Part shown: piece after piece, positions 46,256 to 57,069 of the stretch
How the letters are laid out: every line of letters starts with the position of its first letter
How positions within the stretch are numbered: position 1 is the first letter of the stretch
Assembly: GCA_964423645.1 (NCBI GenBank)
Contig: CAYRFE010000012.1
Coordinates: 20,085 to 84,084, forward strand
Length of the DNA stretch: 64,000 bases
Direction: 5' to 3'
Source of the DNA: an uncultured bacterium
GTDB lineage: Bacteria; Macinerneyibacteriota; Macinerneyibacteria; Macinerneyibacteriales; CAYRFE01
Notes under the pieces: model-generated
Told to the model about the DNA's origin: nothing
The model's database searches: none
The model's input: the letters and a program-made list of their open reading frames with translations, nothing else
Translations under genes and position numbers: made by a program

Positions 46256-48451
46256 TCACACAAACTGTAATTCACCGTTTTTTGCTCTAATGGTAATTTT
46301 GTTCTGATAACACAGATCGTCCTTATAATAATGAATCGCGAGAAATGAAAATACATGTTTTTGGAACACTCGTTCGAGTGCTTGTAATTTTTCAGGTTCC
46401 TGATCTACGGCATTTTTTAAAAAATCAATAGCTGACTGCTCAACAGACCAAGTGATCGGTAATTTCTCACGTAATCGGTCAAATAATCGTTTTCGAATGA
46501 TTTCATTCATATGTTCAGAAGAAAGCTCTTTAAATACAACTATTTGATCAATTGTATGCAACATATCGGCACCGAGCATGGTTTCAAGTCCTTTGTGTAT
46601 CATTTCAACATTATAGTCTGTTTTGGAACCCGGTAAAAATCCCAATTGTTTCTTTTGCTCTTCATAGGCTTTCACTGTCATCACAATGGTAATTCCCTTA
46701 AAAAAAACTTTATTACCAAAATTATCCTCAAACATACCGGTTTTAAAAATCTCAAGTAGCAGGTTTCGAACTTCCGGAGCAGTCTGATTTATTTCATCCA
46801 AAAACAGGATCGAATACGGATATTCCTTTATAGCTCCTGTTAATACGGAAGGATAAACATCATCTTTCGATTTATCATGAAACCCCAAAAAATCAAGTAT
46901 CGATTCACGCTCATTGTATTGCTTCATATCAAAATATGTGACCCGCTCTTCATCATCGTATAATATTTGTGCGAGACTTTTAATGAATTCCTTTTTCCCG
47001 ACGCCTCGCGGTCCTACAAATAAAAATATGCCGTCAGGCAAATTCGGATTAAGGTTAAAATAATTTTCTTTCATTTTGATCACATTCACCACCGAATTTA
47101 CCGCTTCTTCCTGACCGATTACATGTTCATGCAAACGTTCTTCTATTCTGTCATAATAGCGCTTATCGCGGGATACTCGCCAACGAGGAATGCCGATAAT
47201 TCGTGCAACAATTTCGTCAATATCGGTTTTTTTGATCACGACAGGATGTTGACCGTTATTTATATTTTTTAAATGAACTCGTGTTGCCGCCATATCAAGA
47301 AGATTGATCGTTTCTTCCAGATACTGTTCGGTAGTAATATATCTTTTTACGGTTGCATAGGCATACTCAAAAATAACCTTTTTAACTTTTACGTTGTGAA
47401 GTGCTTCAAGGGTTTCTCTATAATTATTCAGTATTTCCGAGGCACGAGCCTCAGAAACTTTATGGATCTTGACAATTTCAACTTTACTGTCAAGAAGCAA
47501 ATCCTGCTGTATGTACGACTTGATATTGGGTTTTTCGGAACATCCTATGATTTTGATATTTCTTCTCCCCAATGCAGGTTTTAAGAGTAATAAAATATCT
47601 ATCGTTCCCATTTTATAAAAATCAGGATATAATTCATCAAAATAAAGAATAATATTATTATAATTTTCGGCCTCTGAAATTATTTGGCGTAAAATTGCAA
47701 CAAAATCATTCAAATCTTTCGAATTGGCGATAATAGGGTTGATCATAATATGTATGATATTATTACCGGATAATTTATCAGGAACATCTCCTGATGAAAT
47801 TCGCGCCGCCAAACCCTCCGCCAGGGCATCTCGAGCGATTCCGAATGAACCTACAATGACAGGCACATTTTTGATATCACGAGACAAAATCTCAATAAAA
47901 TCATCTGTAATACTCCACTTATCGGTAAACGGTACAATTTGACGCTTTTCAACTAATGCACTGATATTCACGCCATACTTCATTAGTGTACTTTTATCTT
48001 CCACATAACTTCTCTTAAGCTCTTCGATATATAAAATATCATCCAGTTTGGAAATATCAATTCCAACCGCGCTGAACACACTCGTTACAATTTCATCCGC
48101 ATCATCGAGAACCGCCATGAGTAAATGCAACGGGGTAACCTCTTCTTCTTCGGATTGTACTGCGATCACTCCCGCAAGCCGCATAACATCACGGGTCGAT
48201 TCCGAAACTTCCAACTCATCACCTTCGGATAAATTTTCCAACACTTCCAAGTCTTTTTTTACAATAGATATAATTTTATTGGTATCAATATTATGGAGAT
48301 GAAACCAATTATCAACAGCATCGTTATGTCCTTCAATGAGCGCAACAAGCAAATGAGCGGGTAAAATATGTGCATGCATCAAATCGGCTGCGGTATCCTC
48401 CGCCGCCTGCAATACTTGTTGAAGTTCTTCGGAAAAATTATACTTTTTCAT
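46256..48451 (-). CDS. Clp/Hsp100-like AAA+ protein with degenerate D1 P-loop
   Basis: Two Clp_N repeats at the N-terminus. D1 region has VPVIVGSFGIARDALAEGLAARISSGDVPDKL where ClpA/B have GEPGVGKT. D2 has GPRGVGKK (Thr replaced by Lys) with intact Walker B (LFLDEINQ). Confidence 0.65.
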   Translation of the reverse strand: MKKYNFSEELQQVLQAAEDTAADLMHAHILPAHLLVALIEGHNDAVDNWFHLHNIDTNKIISIVKKDLEVLENLSEGDELEVSESTRDVMRLAGVIAVQSEEEEVTPLHLLMAVLDDADEIVTSVFSAVGIDISKLDDILYIEELKRSYVEDKSTLMKYGVNISALVEKRQIVPFTDKWSITDDFIEILSRDIKNVPVIVGSFGIARDALAEGLAARISSGDVPDKLSGNNIIHIMINPIIANSKDLNDFVAILRQIISEAENYNNIILYFDELYPDFYKMGTIDILLLLKPALGRRNIKIIGCSEKPNIKSYIQQDLLLDSKVEIVKIHKVSEARASEILNNYRETLEALHNVKVKKVIFEYAYATVKRYITTEQYLEETINLLDMAATRVHLKNINNGQHPVVIKKTDIDEIVARIIGIPRWRVSRDKRYYDRIEERLHEHVIGQEEAVNSVVNVIKMKENYFNLNPNLPDGIFLFVGPRGVGKKEFIKSLAQILYDDEERVTYFDMKQYNERESILDFLGFHDKSKDDVYPSVLTGAIKEYPYSILFLDEINQTAPEVRNLLLEIFKTGMFEDNFGNKVFFKGITIVMTVKAYEEQKKQLGFLPGSKTDYNVEMIHKGLETMLGADMLHTIDQIVVFKELSSEHMNEIIRKRLFDRLREKLPITWSVEQSAIDFLKNAVDQEPEKLQALERVFQKHVFSFLAIHYYKDDLCYQNKITIRAKNGELQFV

Positions 48452-48460
48452 GTATTACCT

Positions 48461-50425
48461 CTAATCTGTAGAAACTTCTTTGTATTTCGCTACTTTCTCG
48501 ATCAAATCGGTTTGCGTCGGGTCAAGCATACATGCACGCTCCCATGCTTTTAAAGCGCCTTCTAACGAACCATTTTCTTCCAAAGCATCTCCCAATGCAC
48601 GATATGCATTAATAAAGGAAGAATTCTTTTCAATGGATACTTTATAGAGCCCGATCGCCTTCTCAAATTCTTTGTCGCGTGCCATGATCACACCCAGATT
48701 ATAATATGCTTCCGAATAATCTGAATTTTGTGAAATAACATTCTTGAACACTTCCACTGCTTTCTTTTTTTCACCTGATTCGGCGTATGCCATGCCGAGA
48801 GTATTGTAAGCGCCCCACAATGTCGGATACAATTCTATGGCGTTTTTGCTTTTTTCTATCGCACCGGAATAATCTTTATCCAGCAAGAGCGCTACGGCAA
48901 GCGTATTAAGCTCGTCCGCTTTTCTGAATTTGTAGGCGTTGATCTCGGATTGCATATATTTTTCCTGATGCGAGGATACTTCGAGCATTTTTTCGGCAGT
49001 TCCGACAAGTGTTTTTTGAAATGCTTCATTACCGTGCGAAAGCGATTCAACGCTTGCCTTCATCGCATCAAATCCCTGCAACGGTTCAATTTTTTCAACC
49101 AGAACATGTAACACGTCAACGGTTTTTTGCTGTGTCTGTTCCATTTTTGTAAGGAGATCGGTTTGCTGTTCTTGAATTGCAATAAGTTTGTCAAAACGTC
49201 CGAGAACAGCCTCAAATGATGTGCCGGAATGAATGTGCTGTTCTTCTTGTTTTTGTGCAATTCGTTGCACTTGTTCGGTTGTCTTTGCTATTGTTTCGAT
49301 AAGTGCCTTGCCGATTTTCGCGGAGTTGGTGACAAGTTCATCATTTTTATCAAAAATTTTCTGCTCAATCTGGGCAATATTGATCCCGAGTGATCCGAAG
49401 TTCTTGATCATCTGTTTGAGCGTTTCATGAAGCTCTGCAAGAACATCGTTATTTCCACTGTTCTTTTGTGATTCATGAAGCCATTCATTCACATTTTCCA
49501 TAAATGTACGAATTTGAGTCTGGTTTTCAGCTTGATAATCCTTGATGTTATTATGAATACCTAAAATCTCTTCTTTGGTCTCAAAAAGAGCATTTGAAAC
49601 ATCCATAACCGCACTATGCATTTTTTGTTGGAAATCGATTAATGGCTCAAAAGAACGCAGACAAGTTAATAGTGCCGTATCGGCAATTGCAGGAATTTCA
49701 TTTTCGGATGTTGCCGACGCACTGTTTTGAGTACCGGTAACAAATTGATGCAATGATTTGAGCAGTTCCGAATGCTCAGACATAGTGGTCTTGACCAATG
49801 TATAAAGTCCTTTATAGGCAGTTTTATTCACCTCATTGATATCTTTCAGAAGGGCGGTGATATTGTCGGATTCACCGGCACTATTTTCCGATTGCGATGA
49901 TGTGAGCACATTGATAAGTGTATCAATTTTTTGAACCATATCTTGATAGTCGTGAGAAACTGCAACAACCTCATGTGCAACAGAAGAATTGTCTTGTGTT
50001 GGTACATGAGCGGCTTTCCCTAAAAATGTCATTATTTCCTCGAGAGCCGTGCGAATCTTAACGGTTTCCTCCATCAATGAGGGATCGATCTGCGCAGAAG
50101 TTTTGGCTTGTAACGCAGTCTGAATACTCCCCAAGGCTTCAAGAACAGCTTTCCCGTTTTTTATGGTATCAAGGTATTCCATAATCGGTTTCGATTGTTT
50201 TGTCAATAACCCGCCGATTTTCTTAATGAGATCATTCGTTGACTGCGAAGAACTGCTTATCGCCTCCTGGATCGCTTTCACATTCGTTGCTTTTGAGAGG
50301 TCGATACCGGAAAATAAACAATTTTTTACACCTTTATTAAATAAATAACACTTTTCCCCCAAGCAATGCTGATAATTCTCGCCTTCTCTGGGTAAGAACG
50401 GACAAATGTTTCCCATACTATTCAA
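48461..50425 (-). CDS. Coiled-coil protein with N-terminal Cys cluster and C-terminal TPR repeats
   Basis: N-terminal CPFLPREGENYQHCLGEKCYLFNKGVKNC (four Cys, zinc-ribbon-like). Approx. 450-aa coiled-coil region. Three to four C-terminal TPR motifs. Confidence 0.6.
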   Translation of the reverse strand: MNSMGNICPFLPREGENYQHCLGEKCYLFNKGVKNCLFSGIDLSKATNVKAIQEAISSSSQSTNDLIKKIGGLLTKQSKPIMEYLDTIKNGKAVLEALGSIQTALQAKTSAQIDPSLMEETVKIRTALEEIMTFLGKAAHVPTQDNSSVAHEVVAVSHDYQDMVQKIDTLINVLTSSQSENSAGESDNITALLKDINEVNKTAYKGLYTLVKTTMSEHSELLKSLHQFVTGTQNSASATSENEIPAIADTALLTCLRSFEPLIDFQQKMHSAVMDVSNALFETKEEILGIHNNIKDYQAENQTQIRTFMENVNEWLHESQKNSGNNDVLAELHETLKQMIKNFGSLGINIAQIEQKIFDKNDELVTNSAKIGKALIETIAKTTEQVQRIAQKQEEQHIHSGTSFEAVLGRFDKLIAIQEQQTDLLTKMEQTQQKTVDVLHVLVEKIEPLQGFDAMKASVESLSHGNEAFQKTLVGTAEKMLEVSSHQEKYMQSEINAYKFRKADELNTLAVALLLDKDYSGAIEKSKNAIELYPTLWGAYNTLGMAYAESGEKKKAVEVFKNVISQNSDYSEAYYNLGVIMARDKEFEKAIGLYKVSIEKNSSFINAYRALGDALEENGSLEGALKAWERACMLDPTQTDLIEKVAKYKEVSTD

Positions 50426-50443
50426 TCTCCTTTTTAGTGTTCA

Positions 50444-53400
50444 TCAATACGTAACGGTTAATCCGAATTTTTCTTTATTACACAAATGTTCTTCTTTCTG
50501 AATAATAGAGATACATTGCGTATATTCTTGTTGAGAAATACACCGCTTGAGCATACCTAAATAGGCACGGGCAGTAGAATACATTCGTACTGATCGAGCG
50601 GCACGTATAATTAGATGAAGCGCATCAATATCATCTTTATCCAACTTCCAAGGGGGAAATTGCATGGTATGAGCAGCGTTCAATACCGCAGTGAAATCAG
50701 ATTTTACATAAAAATACCGAAGCATGAGATATTGTTTCTGACGTAAATATAACTCCGCGTTTATTTTTGCAATATATAGTGCCGCCTTTTCATACATGCC
50801 CTTTTCCAAATATAAGCGTGCACAGGCAAGATCAGCTTCCGGAGACGGGTTTTTTTCATAGTAATGTAACCATGATTGAGAAGCTTGGCTCTGTGCATCA
50901 CGAGAAAGCATTAAGAACGTCTTCATATCATGCACAAGCGTTCGTGCAGTTCGGTAGAATTGCAAAGACTTGTCTTTATCCCGATTGGCAAACAATTCGC
51001 CGAGAAGAATAAGATATTTTGCTTTTATGTGATCGGGGAATGGTAATGATTCGATAAGTGACAATTCGTCAAGGAGTATATCCGTTTTATCTAATTCGAG
51101 CAATATCGCGATATAGGTCTCAAAGACATCCAAATTTCCCGGTAATGCTCGTTCAATTTTCTTTATTGCATTGATAATCGTATCGGATTCAGATAAAAAT
51201 AGCTTGAAATGAATTTGAATGATTTCAAATGCTTTTAAAAAATTCTCTCGCATCAATGAAATATCCAATACAAGCCATGCCAATTCGGGATCATGAGTTT
51301 TTTTGCCCAATACCGCATCAAGATACGATGTCGCTTCATCTTTAAACACCGTCAAATACTGTGAACAAGCAGTAAGGATATCCTCGGTCGTGCCGGTTGC
51401 AAAAACGGCATCACAATATATCTCCGCTAACCCCTGACGATTCAGAGAAAAAACTTTTGCGCCCAATAGTGAGGTGATCGGTACTATTTCTTCTCGCACA
51501 TTTAAACCAAGAACCGCGTTGAAAGGCTCGGAACACTCATCATATTTTTCATTTTTCCATAAAAACTCGCCCAACAAACGATATCCCGGAGAAAAATCAG
51601 CACATTGCTCAGTGAGAAGTTTTACTGTCTGAAGGTATTTCATATACATATCATCTGACGGGTCTAACATGCGTAGTAATTCAAGCGCATCGGTCGGACG
51701 ATTCAGACTCGCATAATGTCGTGCCAGTTCCATTTTATATTCGACTCGTTGCGGTGCCTTTCGGGCTATCTCTTCAAAACGTGCAATAACGATCTCTCTG
51801 ACTGTACTGTCGATTTGAATAGCCTGATTGAACAACACGATCGCTTCATCATAGCGCTCATATTTCATCACCAATAAACCACGCAAAATCCTCGGCTGAG
51901 GATCGTTCGGTACCGCAATTATCATTTCATCCAGTAATTTTTCGATCAAATCATCTTTATCGCGCTCAATTCCGATCACTTTTTTATACAATTCTAATGC
52001 AGTCGAATTGGCTCCATTCTTTTGATAAAGTGCACCCAAGATATAATATACGCCGGGATTCGGTTTTACTACCGCTTTCACTTCCTCGGCGATACGAATA
52101 CTCCCGGCAATATCTTCCGGAGTGCCGTATTTAAGAAGCTTTTGAAAATCTTTCACTACATCTTTAATATTACCTTTTTTAAAATTCAATTCGGCCCGTG
52201 CAAAATACAATGCTGACGAGTGTGGGTTTTTTTGCTCGACCGCCACGATGAAACGTGCAAGATCGTCATGCAACTGTTGTTCAAATGCGATGCGTGCAAA
52301 CAAACGGATAATATCATCGTCATCATATTCTTTTTCAAAAACGATTTGTAATGCGGCAAGAATACGGCGATTTTCAGCGGGAAAATCAAGATATAATGAA
52401 TTCAAACTACTGATTAAATCGTGATAGCGTGCACTGCTCAACAAAATATCATTTATAACCCAACGTAATTGAATATCATGAGGATTCTTTTCAAGTAACT
52501 TAAAATATATCTCTGTTACATGCTGTAATAATTCTTCATCCGAAGAATGCATGACCGGTTCAAAAAACGCCACCACCGTGTCAACGGAATTCGTAAGATA
52601 TCCTAAAAAACCCAAGTTGAATTGAATATAGGGATTTGTGGGAGTTTTTTTCTGTAGAATTTCCAAAAGACCTTTTATTTTATCCGCCATTGTCGGTTCG
52701 TGTTCAGCGATAGTATTAAAATGAAGATAGACCGATCCAAATAACGATACATCCATCATCAACACTTCGCCGAGCATTTTCAGCGCTTTCACATAGTGTT
52801 GATACTTCATATACATTTCAATAAGCATTTGGCGTAATTTAACGGACTTTTCTGATTTCGCCAATAATCCCTCGTATCCTGCGATCACTGCATCCACTTC
52901 TTCAGGGAAAGCCTCCTCAAGCTGCTTATAAAACGCAAAAGCATCTTTGAGATCATTGCGAAAGACACTGATATCACCCAGTAATTTCAAATACCCTTTA
53001 TTGCCGGTGACATCCATTTTTTTAAGTTTCTCGGTAATAAAATCGGCATACCCCGGATCAGATGCAAACAGATCCCCTAAAAATTGTACGGCTTTTTCAA
53101 CGTTATCACGTGCAATATAAAACTCTGCAAGCATCTTATGCAGATCGGATTTTTCCTTGACATGCTCTAATAACGTAAGCGCCGTCGTCTCTATTTCAGG
53201 ATTATCATACGCACGTATTTGCAAAAACTTTCGCAACGCTCCGTCGAAATCCCCAATCTCGAATAGCAATTTAACCATTGCAATGAGCACATATGTTTTC
53301 CCGCCGACTTTAATATAGATATCTTCATAAATTTCTTTCAATGAATTGAATGCCGCCTCACTACGGTCCAATGAAAGAAATACATCAAAATATTGAAAAG

Positions 53401-54223
53401 CCTTTTCGTAGCTTGCACTATAGTAATGCAGCATTGCATAAAACCGCACAAAATCCTTATCAGTTTTGAAAGACTCAAAGAGCGGTTCACATAACGGCAA
53501 AATGAATTGTGCTAAGGCTCCATTCGCCTCAATACCTTTTTTGAATTTTTCCATCGCAAGAGGTATTTTATTCTGACCAAGATAAATTTTCCCGAGATAA
53601 AAAAACAAATACGGATTCATGGCATCTTTGGTCTCAAGATTCAAAAGCATTTTCTCAATGATCGGTATTTCGTTTGCACTCGCTAAAGCAACCCGTGCAA
53701 GCACATCAAACGCTTCATCATATTTTTCATGGGTATAATAACCCCCGAAAATTTGATAACATAACGTAATATTATCTCGTATTGCCGCTTGTTCGCCATT
53801 GATTTTAATAAGTTTATCTAATCTGTCTTTATATGTCGCAATAATGTTCATTGCGTCCTGATGTAAAATTCGCCTGAAAGCCTCGACCGCTTTGATGATA
53901 TCTTTGCGTTCTGTATTTATCTCAAATTCAAGAACATCCGCGTGTTTTGATCGCGGGAAAAAAGTCGGGAACTCGTTTTGAAGATATTGAAGTACGACAA
54001 CTTTATTGGCGGTACCCGGGTCATTGGCAATGATCTTTCGAATCGTGTTGACCGCATTCACATCATCTTTCATAAATCCGTATACTTCAACAAGTTTCCA
54101 CAGAAGAGGCTCTGATTTCGCATCCTCCATAAGCGCATCCTGCAAAACATACATCGCTTCAGTGAATTGGCTCGAAGAAATGTGCTTTGTGACCTTTTTA
54201 AGAATTTTTTCAGGCTTCTCCAC
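50444..54223 (-). CDS. Very large cytoplasmic TPR-repeat protein (1259 aa)
   Basis: TPR-like helical repeats throughout. No signal peptide. Confidence 0.7.
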   Translation of the reverse strand: MEKPEKILKKVTKHISSSQFTEAMYVLQDALMEDAKSEPLLWKLVEVYGFMKDDVNAVNTIRKIIANDPGTANKVVVLQYLQNEFPTFFPRSKHADVLEFEINTERKDIIKAVEAFRRILHQDAMNIIATYKDRLDKLIKINGEQAAIRDNITLCYQIFGGYYTHEKYDEAFDVLARVALASANEIPIIEKMLLNLETKDAMNPYLFFYLGKIYLGQNKIPLAMEKFKKGIEANGALAQFILPLCEPLFESFKTDKDFVRFYAMLHYYSASYEKAFQYFDVFLSLDRSEAAFNSLKEIYEDIYIKVGGKTYVLIAMVKLLFEIGDFDGALRKFLQIRAYDNPEIETTALTLLEHVKEKSDLHKMLAEFYIARDNVEKAVQFLGDLFASDPGYADFITEKLKKMDVTGNKGYLKLLGDISVFRNDLKDAFAFYKQLEEAFPEEVDAVIAGYEGLLAKSEKSVKLRQMLIEMYMKYQHYVKALKMLGEVLMMDVSLFGSVYLHFNTIAEHEPTMADKIKGLLEILQKKTPTNPYIQFNLGFLGYLTNSVDTVVAFFEPVMHSSDEELLQHVTEIYFKLLEKNPHDIQLRWVINDILLSSARYHDLISSLNSLYLDFPAENRRILAALQIVFEKEYDDDDIIRLFARIAFEQQLHDDLARFIVAVEQKNPHSSALYFARAELNFKKGNIKDVVKDFQKLLKYGTPEDIAGSIRIAEEVKAVVKPNPGVYYILGALYQKNGANSTALELYKKVIGIERDKDDLIEKLLDEMIIAVPNDPQPRILRGLLVMKYERYDEAIVLFNQAIQIDSTVREIVIARFEEIARKAPQRVEYKMELARHYASLNRPTDALELLRMLDPSDDMYMKYLQTVKLLTEQCADFSPGYRLLGEFLWKNEKYDECSEPFNAVLGLNVREEIVPITSLLGAKVFSLNRQGLAEIYCDAVFATGTTEDILTACSQYLTVFKDEATSYLDAVLGKKTHDPELAWLVLDISLMRENFLKAFEIIQIHFKLFLSESDTIINAIKKIERALPGNLDVFETYIAILLELDKTDILLDELSLIESLPFPDHIKAKYLILLGELFANRDKDKSLQFYRTARTLVHDMKTFLMLSRDAQSQASQSWLHYYEKNPSPEADLACARLYLEKGMYEKAALYIAKINAELYLRQKQYLMLRYFYVKSDFTAVLNAAHTMQFPPWKLDKDDIDALHLIIRAARSVRMYSTARAYLGMLKRCISQQEYTQCISIIQKEEHLCNKEKFGLTVTY

Positions 54224-54234
54224 GCATCACTCCT

Positions 54235-55110
54235 TTATTGATCATAACCCAAGTCTTTCAGAATCCTGTCATTTTTTCGCCAATTTTTTACCACGCGAAC
54301 ACTTAACTCTAAAAACACTTGCTTCCCAAACATATATTCTATTTTCATTCGGGCTGCGCTTCCGATTTTTTTAATCATTGACCCGCCTGCTCCGATAAGA
54401 ATCCCCTTTTGCGAATCACGCTCACAAATAAGCGACGCTTTAATATGAGCATCATGCAGTTCTTCAATAGCAACAGCTATCATATACGGAAGTTCGTCAA
54501 ATACGTTAAATATAACCGCCTCCCGTATCAACTCCTTGATTATATACCGTCTGTCTTTATCAGTCAACATGTCAGCGGGAAAATATGCGGGACCTTCGGG
54601 TAATAATGTGCAAATATGACGTTTCAATTCTTCGGTATGGGTCTGTCGCAATACCGAAATCGGAAATATCGAATCTGAACCTGTATGATTATGAATCGTT
54701 TGAATAATATCCAGTAATCTGTTTTTGTTCTCTATCAAATCGGTTTTATTGATCACCACGACCGTCTTGTTGAGATCCGGCTTGATACGCGCCCAGGCAT
54801 CGACATCTGCGTCACTGAATCCTTTACACGCATCGATCATAAATAATATCGCCTCGACATCATGCAATGAACTCGTTACCGAACCGATCATATGCTTATC
54901 CAGCGCATGCTTGGGTTTAAACAAACCGGGGGTATCCACAAACACAACTTGCACATCCTCTTCTTTCCAATGTGCAACACCGAATATTCTGTCCCGTGTT
55001 GTTTGGGGACGCGGAGAAACAATGGTGATCTTAGAACCAACCATACTGTTGACAAAACTTGATTTCCCGACATTCGGCGCACCTATCACTGCAACAAAAC
55101 CCGATTTCAT
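54235..55110 (-). CDS. era: GTPase Era
   Basis: G1 GAPNVGKSS, G3 DTPG, G4 NKTD. C-terminal KH domain. ATGA overlap with the upstream corC-like gene. Confidence 0.9.
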   Translation of the reverse strand: MKSGFVAVIGAPNVGKSSFVNSMVGSKITIVSPRPQTTRDRIFGVAHWKEEDVQVVFVDTPGLFKPKHALDKHMIGSVTSSLHDVEAILFMIDACKGFSDADVDAWARIKPDLNKTVVVINKTDLIENKNRLLDIIQTIHNHTGSDSIFPISVLRQTHTEELKRHICTLLPEGPAYFPADMLTDKDRRYIIKELIREAVIFNVFDELPYMIAVAIEELHDAHIKASLICERDSQKGILIGAGGSMIKKIGSAARMKIEYMFGKQVFLELSVRVVKNWRKNDRILKDLGYDQ

Positions 55111-56354
55111 GTTTTTTCCTCCTGTTGTAACGCCTCATTAAGCGTAAGAATTATTTTTAAAATGCGGCGTTTATCAACATCAAGCACTTTCAATTTAAAA
55201 TCACCGAAATCATGTTCATACCCTTTTTTAGGTAAATTCCCCAATAAGGATATAATAAATCCCGAAATCGTCTCATACGATTCATCATTATCGGGAGCAT
55301 ATTCCTCTATATCGATACCAAATACTTCATCAATTTCTTCACATGACATCTTAGGCGAAATACTATATTCATGCTCGGAAATCTTTGTATACATTTCTTC
55401 ATCGTCATCATATTCGTCCGCAATTTCGCCGACTATTTCTTCGAGTATATCTTCGATGGTTGCAAGCCCGACAAGCCCGCCGTATTCATCAACGACAAAC
55501 GCCATGTGTATATGTTTGGCTTGAAATTCTCGCAACAACATATGTATTTTTTTCGTTTCCGGCACAAAATACGGCTCATGAAGCATTGTTTTGACCGAAA
55601 ACTTTTTAGTATTAACCGACAGGAGGTCCTTTATGTACAATACCCCCAAAAGATTATCCATTCGATCATCATACACAGGCACTCGCGAATGATTATTCTC
55701 TGTCACAATTTTGATCATTTCTTCATAACTGAGATCTGAAGGAATAGCCACGATGTCGACGCGCGGTATCATTATCTCTCGCACGACCGTATCTTTAAAT
55801 TCGAGTACACTTGCCAACATCTCACTTTCATGTGAATCAGTCTTTTCAGCCAATACATTCGTAATGATTTGTTCCTCAATTTTTGTAAGGTACGGAATGT
55901 TGAATACCATGGTGCCACCGAACATTTTTATAATAATATCTGCCGGAAACATTAACAAACGCACGATCGGTGATATGAGATAGCATATATACAATAACGG
56001 CACAAAAAGATAATATACATAGCGTATCCCTTTTTGCATTGCAAGAGTTCGTGGAACATATTCACCGAACACAAGAATAATCGCAAATCCGACCAACGCA
56101 TATACCCATGAATGGTGATTAATCAGCATGTACAACAACGCAATCTCACAGACATAGCGGATGAATTGCAAAGACGCCATAATAATATTTGCATGTTCAA
56201 ACCACCGCAATAGAATGGTTTTTATAAATTTTTTCTTCATTACAATGTCTTTAATGGCATCATATTCAACACTCACAAACGCGATCTCAATATACCGCAT
56301 AAGAAAAATACTACACGATGCCGCAATGATCCACAAATACTCAGGTAATTCCAT
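55107..56354 (-). CDS. CNNM/CorC-HlyC family transporter-associated protein (DUF21-CBS pair-CorC_HlyC)
   Basis: N-terminal 4-TM DUF21, tandem CBS domains, C-terminal CorC_HlyC domain. Acidic linker. Confidence 0.8.
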   Translation of the reverse strand: MELPEYLWIIAASCSIFLMRYIEIAFVSVEYDAIKDIVMKKKFIKTILLRWFEHANIIMASLQFIRYVCEIALLYMLINHHSWVYALVGFAIILVFGEYVPRTLAMQKGIRYVYYLFVPLLYICYLISPIVRLLMFPADIIIKMFGGTMVFNIPYLTKIEEQIITNVLAEKTDSHESEMLASVLEFKDTVVREIMIPRVDIVAIPSDLSYEEMIKIVTENNHSRVPVYDDRMDNLLGVLYIKDLLSVNTKKFSVKTMLHEPYFVPETKKIHMLLREFQAKHIHMAFVVDEYGGLVGLATIEDILEEIVGEIADEYDDDEEMYTKISEHEYSISPKMSCEEIDEVFGIDIEEYAPDNDESYETISGFIISLLGNLPKKGYEHDFGDFKLKVLDVDKRRILKIILTLNEALQQEEKT

Positions 56355-56355
56355 T

Positions 56356-57069
56356 TTACACCAAACCTCCTAATATAACATTAAGGAACAACGTACCGAA
56401 AAAGCCAAGCAAAGCTCCCGAAACAACTTGCCAGGTAGTGTGTATCGCAAGATCAATTCGACTTTTTGATACAAAAAACGCCAATATAAACACCAAAACC
56501 ATAATAAGATGGTGATTCGTATAAAGCACGGTGAGTGCAAATACCGTGAATGAAAATGCCGCATGACCACTCGGAAATCCTCCGCGAAAAGGTGACCCGC
56601 TTTTCGTGACCAGTTTCAACATGACGACACCTATCATGACAAATAACGGTGTAAACAATACAGCATTTACCTGCAACTTACGGATAAAATCCACAAAATG
56701 AGTAATATACATTGTAGATTTTTGATATAAAATAAAATATCCTATGAACGTTGCATTAATTGCTGCGCAAAATACCGCGCCGGCACTTAAATCTTTTACT
56801 ACTTTGATCATCGGATCGTGTAAAACAGAGATAAAGTGATCAATAATATGTTCGATCGCAGTATTGAGCAATTCTGTCACGATAACAAACGCAATCGCAA
56901 ACACCACCAATGCACGATCGGTAAAACTTAACGGTAAAAACAATGAATACACAAGGCAGACCAATCCTAACACAAAATGAATACGAATATTTCTTTCATA
57001 TTTTATGGCAAAAAAAATACCTGAAATCGCGTTATTAAAGCTTTCCCAAATTGATCTGTTTTTACGCAT
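56356..57069 (-). CDS. dgkA: Diacylglycerol kinase (DgkA)-PAP2 phosphatase fusion
   Basis: N-term matches prokaryotic DgkA (…ELLNTAIEHIID…, KDLSAGAVF). C-term carries PAP2 motifs PSGH and SRIDLAIH (SRx5H). Confidence 0.7.
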   Translation of the reverse strand: MRKNRSIWESFNNAISGIFFAIKYERNIRIHFVLGLVCLVYSLFLPLSFTDRALVVFAIAFVIVTELLNTAIEHIIDHFISVLHDPMIKVVKDLSAGAVFCAAINATFIGYFILYQKSTMYITHFVDFIRKLQVNAVLFTPLFVMIGVVMLKLVTKSGSPFRGGFPSGHAAFSFTVFALTVLYTNHHLIMVLVFILAFFVSKSRIDLAIHTTWQVVSGALLGFFGTLFLNVILGGLV

